Of a stretch of DNA of 64,000 bases, positions 29,125 to 38,876 are shown piece after piece. Source of the DNA: an uncultured Clostridia bacterium. GTDB lineage: Bacteria; Bacillota; Clostridia; UBA1381. The stretch lies in assembly GCA_934462715.1 (NCBI GenBank), contig CAKSIJ010000001.1:98130-162129 (forward strand), written 5' to 3'. The first letter of the stretch is position 1. Each line of letters starts with the position of its first letter. Made by a program: the position numbers and the translations under genes. Under the pieces are notes generated by a model. It had not been told where the DNA came from. It did no database searches and saw only the letters and a program-made list of their open reading frames with translations.

Positions 29125-30453
29125 TTACTGTTTTTTATCTCCCTTTTCTCTGACGATGAATTTTACCGGTGTACCCTCAAAGCCAAAGGTTTGTCTTAAC
29201 TGATTTTCTATAAATCTCAGATAAGAATAGTGGAACAAATCGGCAGAATTTACGAAAAGGATAAAAGTCGGAGGTGCGACAGAGGCCTGCGTACCGTAAT
29301 ATATTTTAAGCCTTTTCCCTTTATCCGACGGCGGCTGCTGCTTAGACATTGCTTCATTGAGCATATCGTTGAGCATACCCGTTGTAATTCTCCTCTTATG
29401 CTGAATATTTATCCTTTTAATCTCATCCAAAAGCTTATCTATTCTCTGACCGGTTTTTGCTGAAATGAATACAATCGAGGCATAAGACATATAAGCAAAT
29501 TCTTCTCTGAGTCTGTCTGTAAATTCTTTCACGGACTTGTCATTCTTGTTTTCCAGAATATCCCATTTGTTAACAGCAATTATACACGCTTTTCCCTGCT
29601 CGTGTGCATATCCGGCAATCTTTGTGTCCTGTTCGGTGATTCCCTCGTTTGCGTCAAGCATGATTATGCAAACATCGCTGCGGTCAACAGCCGCAAGTGA
29701 ACGTATAACGCTGTAACGCTCCACATTCTCGTCTATTTTTCCCCTTTTCCTCATTCCGGCTGTGTCTATTATAAGATATTTGTCGCCGTTATGCTCAAAT
29801 CTTGAATCTATAGCGTCGCGTGTTGTTCCTGCAATATTTGAAACAATCAGTCTATTTTCACCGAGAATCTTGTTTATCAGCGATGATTTTCCGGCATTGG
29901 GTCTGCCGATTACCGCAACCTTAATTTCGTCCTCGTCCTCGCTCGTGTCAGCACCCTCCGGAAATTGTGCACACACCTCATCCAAAAGATCGCCGACCCC
30001 CAGACCGTGCGTGGAGCTTATTGCAACAGGATCGCCAAGTCCCAAATTATAGAACTCGTAAAATTCAAACGGAGGATCTCCCAGATTATCTACCTTGTTA
30101 ACCGCCAGAACAATCTTTTTTCTCGCCTTTTGCAGCATAGAGCATACGTCAGAATCGTTTGCGGTAAGTCCGTCACGCACGTTAACCAGGAAAATAACAA
30201 CATCAGCCATTTCTATGGCAAGCTGTGCCTGTCTGCGCATCTGAGAAAGTATCTCGTCCTTGCTTGCAGGCTCAATTCCGCCTGTATCGATAAGCGTAAA
30301 ATGCTTATCGAGCCACACTGCGTCAGCATAGATTCTGTCCCTTGTGACGCCGGGGGTATCCTCTACTATACTTATTCTTTGACCTGTTATTTTATTAAAC
30401 AATGTTGACTTTCCCACATTAGGTCTGCCCACAATAGCAACTGTTGGTTTCAT
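29125..30453 (-). CDS. der: Ribosome-biogenesis GTPase Der (EngA) with two GTPase domains and a KH domain.
   Basis: Two G-domains (GRPNVGKSTLFN and GRPNAGKSSLIN) and a KH-like C-terminus. Confidence 0.95.
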   Translation of the reverse strand: MKPTVAIVGRPNVGKSTLFNKITGQRISIVEDTPGVTRDRIYADAVWLDKHFTLIDTGGIEPASKDEILSQMRRQAQLAIEMADVVIFLVNVRDGLTANDSDVCSMLQKARKKIVLAVNKVDNLGDPPFEFYEFYNLGLGDPVAISSTHGLGVGDLLDEVCAQFPEGADTSEDEDEIKVAVIGRPNAGKSSLINKILGENRLIVSNIAGTTRDAIDSRFEHNGDKYLIIDTAGMRKRGKIDENVERYSVIRSLAAVDRSDVCIIMLDANEGITEQDTKIAGYAHEQGKACIIAVNKWDILENKNDKSVKEFTDRLREEFAYMSYASIVFISAKTGQRIDKLLDEIKRINIQHKRRITTGMLNDMLNEAMSKQQPPSDKGKRLKIYYGTQASVAPPTFILFVNSADLFHYSYLRFIENQLRQTFGFEGTPVKFIVREKGDKKQ

Positions 30454-30521
30454 TCTTTTGTTTCCTTTCGTTTGTTTCCTTTAACATACTGTATCATATG
30501 TTACACAGCTGTTCAAAGCCG

Positions 30522-31859
30522 TTATATATCTTTAATATCAAATTCGATTTCCGAAGCTGTAATCTTTTCTATAAACTGATAGCCGTCATTATCTATCGGT
30601 GTTATCGTAACTCCAAGCTTATCTTCAAGCTGTTCGAGCGTCATATCGTCAAGAAATATATCCTCTCCGGCTCTGAGTGCCGAGCTTGATATAAAAAGTT
30701 CGTCCCCAAGCTTTTTACCCGATAACTGCTCATATATGTCTTTTCCGACAAGTAAGCCGGAGACATTTACCCCTCCGCCGAAAAAATTGTTTTTTACGGC
30801 ATAACAATTAATTCTGAGTCCGGGACATTTTTTTTCCAGTCTGCGGCAAAGCTCCGATATAAAACCGTTAACCAGTTCCCCCGTCACAACAGAAACATTT
30901 CTTTCGCCTTTATAATTTTTCAGCAGTTCGATTCCGTAATCAAATTCTTCTTTGAGTGAAGCTGCGAGTCCGACTCCGTTTTCAAGCTGCGGAAATCCCT
31001 CGTATGATTCTGCCGGTGGAATCTCTCTGTCGGCATTAATGTAAAATTCATCGGAAAGATATACAAGCCGTGTACCGTAATTTTCCAAAAGCCGTTGCTG
31101 TATCGGCTCCACCGTATCAATTACTTCCTTTGAGCTTTTAGCATCGTACGGCTTTAATTTACATAGACCCTCACGGTATGCCGTCAGCCCAACAGGTACT
31201 ATCGAAACGCTCTGAACATACGGGCAAAGCTTTTCCAAATCGTCTATAGTTCTCAGCAGCTCTTTTCCGTCATTATAATCGGGGCACAAAACAATCTGAC
31301 AATTCATATACATATTGTTTTCATAAAACCGCTTCATTATTTCATATATCTTTCCGGCATTTTTGTTTTTCAGCATTTTAACTCTTAAATCCGGATTAGT
31401 GGTGTGAACGGAAATGTTTATCGGCGAAACGTGCATTGAAATCAGACGGCTGATGTCATCGTCTTTCAGATTGGTGAGAGTTACATAGTTTCCCTGCAAA
31501 AACGAAAGACGCGTATCGTCATCTTTAAAATACACAGTTTCCCTCATGCCTTTGGGAAGCTGATCTATAAAGCAGAATATGCACTTATTACGGCAGCTCT
31601 GCGCTGTATCAATCAATGCGTTTGCAAACTCGATTCCCAAATCCTCATAATCATTTTCGATAATTATATCCTCGATGTCACCGTTTTTCTTTTCAGCCTC
31701 AATTTCAATCTCATATTCCGAAATGAGGTATCTGTATTCAAGAATATCACGAAAATCGTGACCGTTTATCGAAATAATTCTGTCCCCCGGCTCCAAGCCT
31801 GCTTCCTCAGCAAGTGAACCCGGTTCAACATAACCTATCTCGGTGTTCGTATGATGCAT
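30522..31859 (-). CDS. Radical SAM protein with an N-terminal PDZ domain (DUF512 family), conserved upstream of der in Clostridia.
   Basis: CRNKCIFCF (Cx3Cx2C). PDZ-like GLEPGDRIISINGHDF. 445 aa. Confidence 0.65.
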   Translation of the reverse strand: MHHTNTEIGYVEPGSLAEEAGLEPGDRIISINGHDFRDILEYRYLISEYEIEIEAEKKNGDIEDIIIENDYEDLGIEFANALIDTAQSCRNKCIFCFIDQLPKGMRETVYFKDDDTRLSFLQGNYVTLTNLKDDDISRLISMHVSPINISVHTTNPDLRVKMLKNKNAGKIYEIMKRFYENNMYMNCQIVLCPDYNDGKELLRTIDDLEKLCPYVQSVSIVPVGLTAYREGLCKLKPYDAKSSKEVIDTVEPIQQRLLENYGTRLVYLSDEFYINADREIPPAESYEGFPQLENGVGLAASLKEEFDYGIELLKNYKGERNVSVVTGELVNGFISELCRRLEKKCPGLRINCYAVKNNFFGGGVNVSGLLVGKDIYEQLSGKKLGDELFISSSALRAGEDIFLDDMTLEQLEDKLGVTITPIDNDGYQFIEKITASEIEFDIKDI

Positions 31860-32128
31860 ATTTTTACCTCATAATTCTGCGCCGGATGCGCATATTTTAC
31901 AATACATTATATTTTCCCACATTTGCGGCAAATAATCAAGTACTTTTTTGGATTTTCTATCTATTTGATAAAATATTTAACATTAATTATATGTATTTGT
32001 GTAATTATAGGAGCGTTTTTAAAGCCTTCACGTTAATTTGAACTCAACTCTGCTGTCATAAAAAGAAAATCCCCTCGGATTTAACGCACGCAAATTCCAA
32101 AGGGACTATTTTTATAACATACAAAAAT

Positions 32129-33028
32129 CTAAAAATGCTTATTTAATGATTCAGAACCCAAAGGTATATCATTTCTTATTGCTTTTTTGTAAAAATCCGT
32201 AAGCGTTCCGAGACATTTTTCGTAATTTATTCCGTACCAGTATTTTTCACGTTCGCTCAAAGTGTTCATGATACACTCCTGCACAAAATCCTCGGCAAAT
32301 GCAATAGCTTCCTCAAAAGACAGCCCGTCCAGGTACGAACCTATAAACGAGCTTGCAAAAACATCGCCCGTACCGTAGAACATTCCTTCGATTATCTTGC
32401 TTGATTTAACCGTTTTTGTATTCTTTCCGACTCCGAGCGTAAGTATGTTGTCACCCGAATGTATTCCCGTGACAATCAGCTTATCAGCAATACCGCAAAG
32501 TTTGGGTATTAATCTTTCGGCATTTTCCTTTGAAAAATCGCACGAGCATTTACCGTCAGCCAACAGCATGGCCTCGCTCATATTCGGTGAAATTATATCT
32601 GCCTGCGAACACAGCTCTCTTACCGACATGACATAATCCGAGTCAAGCCCGGAATACAGCTCTCCGTTATCCGCCATTGCCGGGTCGATATAGACAATAG
32701 TGTCATTATCGGCAAATTCATCTATCAGAGCGCAAACCTTGCGCACCTGCTCAACAGTCCCTATGTAACCGGCATAAATTGCGTCAAATTTCAGTCCGAT
32801 TTTTCTCCAATGACATATTATTTTATCCATCTCATCGCCGAGCGAATGAAAAGTAAATCCGCTGAATTTTCCGCCGGTATGCGTAGACAATACGGCTGTC
32901 GGCAAAATGACAGTTTCTATCCCCAAAGCGGAAATTATCGGAAGTGCCGCCGTCTGTGAGCAGCGTCCGAAGCATGATATATCCTGTATGCTTAATAATC
33001 GCTTCATTTCTTTCTCTGAAAACTGCAT
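32129..33028 (-). CDS. pdxK: Pyridoxal/pyridoxamine kinase (PdxK/PdxY family). The start codon is uncertain; MKRLL at 33007 is an alternative.
   Basis: LSIQDISCFGRCSQTAALPIISALG and AIYAGYIG match ribokinase-like PdxK. Confidence 0.75.
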   Translation of the reverse strand: MQFSEKEMKRLLSIQDISCFGRCSQTAALPIISALGIETVILPTAVLSTHTGGKFSGFTFHSLGDEMDKIICHWRKIGLKFDAIYAGYIGTVEQVRKVCALIDEFADNDTIVYIDPAMADNGELYSGLDSDYVMSVRELCSQADIISPNMSEAMLLADGKCSCDFSKENAERLIPKLCGIADKLIVTGIHSGDNILTLGVGKNTKTVKSSKIIEGMFYGTGDVFASSFIGSYLDGLSFEEAIAFAEDFVQECIMNTLSEREKYWYGINYEKCLGTLTDFYKKAIRNDIPLGSESLNKHF

Positions 33029-33059
33029 GAGTTCAACTCTCTCATGCCTAACCTCCGTA

Positions 33060-33464
33060 TCAGTTCTTTGGATTTAAAATATCACGCCATTCAAGGTCGC
33101 CGCGTTCCAAGCCATGGATAAGTACCTCGGCGGTGGCTATGTTCGTAGCAATCGGAATATTGTGCATATCACACAGCCTTAACAAATTCATTATATCCGG
33201 TTCATGAGCTTCTTTCGTATTGGGATCTCTGAAAAAGAACACAAGATCTATTTCGTTGTACGCAACCCTCGCTCCGATTTGCTGATCTCCGCCCTGATGT
33301 CCGGGAAGAAAACGATATACGCTCATACCGGTATTTTCTATTATCATCTTACCGGTAGTATCGGTTGCAAACAAGCTGTGCTTTTCAAGTATTCCTTTAT
33401 AAGCGATGCAAAATTGCACCATTAATTCCTTTTTCATATCATGCGCAATAAACGCTATATTCAT
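33060..33464 (-). CDS. mgsA: Methylglyoxal synthase.
   Basis: [16 protein letters not shown]...TDTTG...HQGGDQQIG. 134 aa. Confidence 0.9.
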   Translation of the reverse strand: MNIAFIAHDMKKELMVQFCIAYKGILEKHSLFATDTTGKMIIENTGMSVYRFLPGHQGGDQQIGARVAYNEIDLVFFFRDPNTKEAHEPDIMNLLRLCDMHNIPIATNIATAEVLIHGLERGDLEWRDILNPKN

Positions 33465-33541
33465 TCCAAAGCCCTCCTAATTCTGCGATATAACTTATTA
33501 TACCAAAAAAAATCACATTTGTAAATAGTTTTTTGTGAATT

Positions 33542-35656
33542 TTATGGTAATAATTCTCCGATTACAGAATTATTTTTCAAATCGGTGCTTTTTTCAAAGT
33601 ATTTATCGAAAATATCACGCGCAACATAAGCGGCGTTTGAACCCTTAGCACCATGCTCGATGACAACGGCAACCGCAATTTCTGGATTGTCAAACGGAGC
33701 AAACGCAACGAAAAGTGCGTGTTCGGAAACGTTTTTACCTACCTGTGCAGTACCGGTTTTACCTCCGATCGACACCTTGTAGTTTTCAAATATGGCACTT
33801 ACCGAGCCTTCGTCCACAACTCCGAGCATACCGTTTTTAACCGCTGCAAGGTTTTCCGGTTTAATATCAACCTGTCCCAAAACCTGCACCTGAGGCTCGT
33901 AAACGGTTTTTCCGTCCACCGATGAACGCACGCTCTTTAAAATATGAGTTCTATATCTTGTTCCGCCGTTTGCGACTCCCGCGATATAATTTGCAAGCTG
34001 AATCGGCGTAAAATACGAATACGACTGTCCTATAGCTGTCTGAATCGTATCACCGGCATACCAGGTTTCATCGTGCTTTGTTTTTGCAATCTTCTTTTTG
34101 TATTCCCTGCTCGATACGTTACCCTCCGCTTCATCGTTAAACTCAATACCGGTTTTTTCTCCGAGTCCGAATTTATGTGCGTACAATGAAATATTATCTA
34201 TTCCCAGTCTGCGGCCCATTTCATAAAAGAAATAGTTACACGAATGTTCAATAGCCTGAGTTATGTTTATTTTTCCGTGAGTTTTGTGATTATCCGCCCA
34301 GATCCAACACTTAGGCTGATAGTCCTCATAAAATTTATATACGCCCTCACACTCGATTATTTCATTAATACCTACCACACCGTCCTCCAGTGCCGCAAGC
34401 GCAATAAGCGGTTTAAAGGTCGAACCCGGCGTATATGTCCCCTTTAACGCTCTGTTCCACATCGGCTTATCAGAATTTTGAGAAAGGTTCGCAAAATCCT
34501 CGTTAAAGGTTGACGGATCAAAGGTCGGTGCGGAAGCAAAGGTCAGCACCTCACCGTTCTTTATATCGATAACAACCGCCGCCCCGGCATTAGCGTCGCC
34601 GCCCTTTCTCCTCGACGGCTCACCTCCGTTTTTGGATATTTCATTTATCCAATACGCAAGCGACTGCTCCGCAGTTCTCTGAAGCTCGGAATCAATCGTC
34701 AGCATTATATAATTTCCCGGTACTGCTTTGGTTTCGCCGCTGCTGCTTGTATTCTCACCGTCGGCGGCTGTTGCTGCGGTATCCGTGGAATTTTCATCTA
34801 TACCGACCATTTTTTTGCCGTCGGTACCCCTCAGAAAATCTTCAAATATCTGCTCTACTCCCCTTTTTCCTATCAAATCGTTGTAACCGTAGCCTTTTTG
34901 AGAATAAACCTCATATTCTTCCGGCGACATCTTGCCTATTCCGCCCAAAATATGAGCCGCTATGTCCTTTTCGTTATAGCTTCTGTAATATTCCTGTGTT
35001 ACAAGCACTCCGGGGAATTCATTCTGACGTTCCTTTAACTCCGTTATCACATTCAGTTCAACGTCCTCCGCTATTTTAAACGGCTGAGATATTGAAAATC
35101 CGTTCATGTTTAAATCATACAAAATCCCGACCAGACGGCGCTTTTCATCGTCTGTATATTCGTCCGATATATTAAAAACATTCTTGCAGTAATATGCCAT
35201 TATACTATCGGGAGTCATATCCGATGAAATTTTTTTTCTTTCCGAAAACCATTTTTCTTTTTCGTCCTCTGTACTGCCGTCGCCGTTATCGTCTGTAAAA
35301 CCAAACTCATACGGCGCATACGAAATCGGAAAAGAGTCATTATAATCATAGCCGTACTTTGCAAGAACATTCAGTATACCCAAAAGCTTTTTGTTAAGCT
35401 CCGCATTGGTAGATATTGTTTTTTGCAGAAGTACAGAATATCCCTCTCTGTTCGACACAAGTACCTTGCCGTTTCGGTCCATAATTTCACCGCGCGGTGC
35501 TTTCTCCGTGACCGTTGCGGTAACTCTTTTTAACGATTGCTTTGTATATTCCTCTCCGTTGATTACCTGTAAATCAAAAAGCCGGGCAATCAGCACTGAA
35601 GCCGCAACAGCTATGACCGTTATTATAAAAACCATTCTTCCTCTGTATGCCGTCAT
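33542..35656 (-). CDS. mrdA: Penicillin-binding protein 2 (elongasome peptidoglycan D,D-transpeptidase).
   Basis: N-terminal TM segment. Transpeptidase motifs GSTFKP (SxxK), SCN and KTGT. Translationally coupled to mreD. Confidence 0.85.
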   Translation of the reverse strand: MTAYRGRMVFIITVIAVAASVLIARLFDLQVINGEEYTKQSLKRVTATVTEKAPRGEIMDRNGKVLVSNREGYSVLLQKTISTNAELNKKLLGILNVLAKYGYDYNDSFPISYAPYEFGFTDDNGDGSTEDEKEKWFSERKKISSDMTPDSIMAYYCKNVFNISDEYTDDEKRRLVGILYDLNMNGFSISQPFKIAEDVELNVITELKERQNEFPGVLVTQEYYRSYNEKDIAAHILGGIGKMSPEEYEVYSQKGYGYNDLIGKRGVEQIFEDFLRGTDGKKMVGIDENSTDTAATAADGENTSSSGETKAVPGNYIMLTIDSELQRTAEQSLAYWINEISKNGGEPSRRKGGDANAGAAVVIDIKNGEVLTFASAPTFDPSTFNEDFANLSQNSDKPMWNRALKGTYTPGSTFKPLIALAALEDGVVGINEIIECEGVYKFYEDYQPKCWIWADNHKTHGKINITQAIEHSCNYFFYEMGRRLGIDNISLYAHKFGLGEKTGIEFNDEAEGNVSSREYKKKIAKTKHDETWYAGDTIQTAIGQSYSYFTPIQLANYIAGVANGGTRYRTHILKSVRSSVDGKTVYEPQVQVLGQVDIKPENLAAVKNGMLGVVDEGSVSAIFENYKVSIGGKTGTAQVGKNVSEHALFVAFAPFDNPEIAVAVVIEHGAKGSNAAYVARDIFDKYFEKSTDLKNNSVIGELLP

Positions 35657-36153
35657 CTCATTATCCCCGCTTTCTTCCTGCTCCGTCTTGCGGCAAAAAA
35701 TGCGGCTGCGGTATAAACCGCAGTATTATAAACCGCCTCGGGAAGTATCACAAAAATCAGTGAATATCCGAACGAAGTACTTTTCAAAACGCTTATGTTC
35801 ATAATATAAAACAACGAGCTACCCAGTATGCTTAACACAAAAACAACCGGAATATTTATCAATATTCCGTCCTTAAACAAGGTATCCTTAATCAGACAGG
35901 CAAGAACCGAAATTACAAGGTATACTGCCGTGTAAAGTCCGAATATTCTTCCGGTCAGACAGTCCATAACCGCACCTGCCGCTGCAGCGGTTATCATATT
36001 TCTGACCGGATTTTTTTCGTGAAGTGCGCTGTAGAGCGCAAAAACACAGAGCAAGCCCGGCATAACCGAACCTATTTTTATGTACGGGCAAAGCATAGAC
36101 TGCAAAACAGCGGCAATAAAAATAATTGCTGCCGTACATATATTTTTCTTCAT
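35653..36153 (-). CDS. mreD: Rod shape-determining protein MreD.
   Basis: 166-aa polytopic membrane protein positioned between mreC and PBP2, with a 4-nt overlap with PBP2. Confidence 0.75.
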   Translation of the reverse strand: MKKNICTAAIIFIAAVLQSMLCPYIKIGSVMPGLLCVFALYSALHEKNPVRNMITAAAAGAVMDCLTGRIFGLYTAVYLVISVLACLIKDTLFKDGILINIPVVFVLSILGSSLFYIMNISVLKSTSFGYSLIFVILPEAVYNTAVYTAAAFFAARRSRKKAGIMR

Positions 36154-36177
36154 TAAAGCCGCCGCCTTTCTTTTGAT

Positions 36178-37116
36178 TTATCCTACATTTTCTTCAGGTG
36201 TAGGCGTAGGTAAAGGATCCTCAGATGGGGTCGGTGTTTCCGCAGGAATATAGTCACCGGCGGAGCTGTCTGCCGACGGATCGTATGTATCAGAATCCAG
36301 CGTCCAGTCGGTTATTACGAGAACCTCATAAAGCTCGTCAAAGTTGACAAACGGTTCTACAACCGCATAGTCGAGTCTGCCGATATTATCCTTTGCTACC
36401 TCCGCAATTTTGCCAACCTTTAGTCCCGGAGGATATATTCCACCCAGACCGCTTGTTTCCAGTATATCTCCCGGCATTACCGAAGCATTGGCAACCAGAT
36501 AACCAAGCTTGCATTTCTGCACCTTTGAAAGCGACGAATCACCCTCAACAATTCCGATTTCACCGTTTCTTACTATTCTTACTCCCGACGAGCTTTCGCT
36601 GTTTATAATGGTTGATACCTTTGCCCAGTTTTTCCCTGCGTCTGCTACCTGACCCAAAAGCCCGTCTGCGGTTATAACTGCGTCAGATATTTCAATTCCG
36701 CTTGCGGTGCCTCTGTTTATCGTTATATAAGTAAACCAGTTATCCGGCTCGTATGCAATCACCTTTGCCGCAACCGTTTCACTTTCGGTCATTTCCTCGG
36801 AAATTGATAAAAGCTTTTGCAGCCTGTCATTTTCGCGCTTATATTCCTCTATGCTTTTAACCTTGCTCTGAAGCTCGATATTTTCGGCTTTCAGCTCACT
36901 GTTTTGCTTTTTAATCTCCTTTGCCTCCTTTATGGAAACAAAATATTCCTTAATGGGATTAAACAATTTCGCTATCTGCGTTTCAACAGGTGTAAGCACG
37001 GCATTCACTGTTCTCGACACGGGATTGTTTCCCATATGCGACAAATATGCCGTAATTAAAGCAATTAATATTATAATTATAAATACACCAAAACCCTTTT
37101 TCTTAAAAACAGACAA
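36178..37116 (-). CDS. mreC: Rod shape-determining protein MreC.
   Basis: N-terminal TM segment, coiled coil, beta domain (GIVEG...GLKVGKI) and a Pro/Thr-rich C-terminal tail. Confidence 0.85.
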   Translation of the reverse strand: MSVFKKKGFGVFIIIILIALITAYLSHMGNNPVSRTVNAVLTPVETQIAKLFNPIKEYFVSIKEAKEIKKQNSELKAENIELQSKVKSIEEYKRENDRLQKLLSISEEMTESETVAAKVIAYEPDNWFTYITINRGTASGIEISDAVITADGLLGQVADAGKNWAKVSTIINSESSSGVRIVRNGEIGIVEGDSSLSKVQKCKLGYLVANASVMPGDILETSGLGGIYPPGLKVGKIAEVAKDNIGRLDYAVVEPFVNFDELYEVLVITDWTLDSDTYDPSADSSAGDYIPAETPTPSEDPLPTPTPEENVG

Positions 37117-37146
37117 TTAATTCACACCCTAATCCTAACAGTCGAT

Positions 37147-38184
37147 TTATCTGTAGCTTTTCAGCATCGACCGCTTCAATACCTTTTCATTTTCCAGTGC
37201 CATTCCCGTACCTATTGCAACACAGTCAAGCGGATTTTCACACACCCTTACCTCAATTCCTGTAAGCTGTGCTATCAGCTTGTCAAGATTTCTTATAAGT
37301 GCGCCGCCGCCGGTAAGATTAATTCCGCTTGCCATTATATCGGCAGCAAGCTCGGGAGGTGTTTCCTCGAGCGTTTCTCTGATAGCGTTTACAATTGCTG
37401 CAATACCGCTGTACATTGCTTCTCTCACCTGCGCAGATGTTATTCTTATATTCTTCGGAAGTCCCTGCGCCAGATCTCTGCCGGTAATATCCATATAGCT
37501 TTCATCATCATACTGCATTGCAGAGCCTAAGGTTAGCTTAATTTCCTCTGCCGTTTTTTCCCCGACCGACAATCCGAACTCATTTTTAAGATAGGTGACG
37601 ATTGCCGAATCGAGTGCGTCACCGGCTATTCTTACCGACTTTGAAACGACAATTCCGCACAGCGAAATAATGGCAACCTCAGTTGTGCCGCCGCCTATAT
37701 CGACAACCATACTGCCTACCGGCTTATCTACCGGCAAGCCTGCTCCGATCGCCGCCGCCATCGGTTCTTCAATAAGGCGCACCGCCTTTGCGCCCGACAG
37801 CATTACCGCTTCCTCAACCGCACGTCTTTCAACCTCCGTCACGCCTGCCGGTACACAGACAATAACTCTTGGCTTAACTATACTGACCTTTGAACCCACG
37901 GCTTTTTTTATCAGACTTCGTATCATGGCTCCTGTTATTTCAAAGTCGGCAATAACGCCGTCCTTTACCGGTCTGATTGCGGTTATATTCTCCGGTGTTC
38001 TTCCGAGCATTTCGTCAGCCTGGTTTCCCACAGCAAGCACTTTCCTGTCGCTTTTATCGATTGCGACAACAGACGGCTCTCTTACAACAATTCCCCTGCC
38101 GTTCATGTTGACAAGAGTATTTGCCGTTCCGAGATCTATACCGATATTCTTGGTCAATCCGAAATTAAATAAATTATTCAACAT
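37147..38184 (-). CDS. mreB: Rod shape-determining actin homologue MreB.
   Basis: ATG at 38184 with a GGAG RBS gives MLNNLFNFGLTKNIGIDLGTANTLV. The track ORF begins 60 nt further upstream. Confidence 0.9.
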   Translation of the reverse strand: MLNNLFNFGLTKNIGIDLGTANTLVNMNGRGIVVREPSVVAIDKSDRKVLAVGNQADEMLGRTPENITAIRPVKDGVIADFEITGAMIRSLIKKAVGSKVSIVKPRVIVCVPAGVTEVERRAVEEAVMLSGAKAVRLIEEPMAAAIGAGLPVDKPVGSMVVDIGGGTTEVAIISLCGIVVSKSVRIAGDALDSAIVTYLKNEFGLSVGEKTAEEIKLTLGSAMQYDDESYMDITGRDLAQGLPKNIRITSAQVREAMYSGIAAIVNAIRETLEETPPELAADIMASGINLTGGGALIRNLDKLIAQLTGIEVRVCENPLDCVAIGTGMALENEKVLKRSMLKSYR

Positions 38185-38250
38185 ACTTATCTCCATTCCG
38201 CCGCAAGCGGCTTTGATACATCGGAAATACAGCGGACTTAACATCTCCTT

Positions 38251-38850
38251 TTATTCCGATATGTAATCCCCAAACTCAGAAATCAGCACATCATACAGTG
38301 CCGACAGCGGCAAACCCACCACGTTAAAATAATCGCCGCATATTTCTTCAACAAGCACAGCGCCTCTGCCCTGTATTCCGTATGCCCCTGCCTTATCCGC
38401 AGGTTCTCCTGTTTTAATATAAGCTTTAATCGTTTTATCGGTCAATTCCTTGAATTTAACCGTCGTTTTAATGCTTTTTGAGGTTGCGTATCCGTCGGTA
38501 AGACGCATTACGCATATTCCCGTATAAACCTCATGAGCTTTTCCGGACAGACTTTTTAAAATTCTGAAAGCGTCGTCGCTGTCCTTTGGCTTCCCAAGAA
38601 TTTTTCCATCGCTGTAAACCACCGTATCGGCAGCAATAATGAGCGAATCCTTTCTTTTTGTTCCGGTAAGCTTTTTGGCAACATTGCACGCTTTCATAAG
38701 CGCAAGCTCGGAGGTATAATTCTCCGGCGAAAGCGATTTGTCAATCTCGTCCTCCGGCTCGTTTGAAACGACTATATCGAATTTTATCCCAATCTGCTCC
38801 AACAGTTCCCGCCGTCTCGGCGAAGCCGAAGCCAATACTATTTTTTCCAT
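38251..38850 (-). CDS. maf: Maf-like nucleoside triphosphate pyrophosphatase (septum formation protein).
   Basis: MEKIVLASASPRRRELL. Confidence 0.85.
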   Translation of the reverse strand: MEKIVLASASPRRRELLEQIGIKFDIVVSNEPEDEIDKSLSPENYTSELALMKACNVAKKLTGTKRKDSLIIAADTVVYSDGKILGKPKDSDDAFRILKSLSGKAHEVYTGICVMRLTDGYATSKSIKTTVKFKELTDKTIKAYIKTGEPADKAGAYGIQGRGAVLVEEICGDYFNVVGLPLSALYDVLISEFGDYISE

Positions 38851-38876
38851 AATTACCACCGTCTATCCGTAAATAA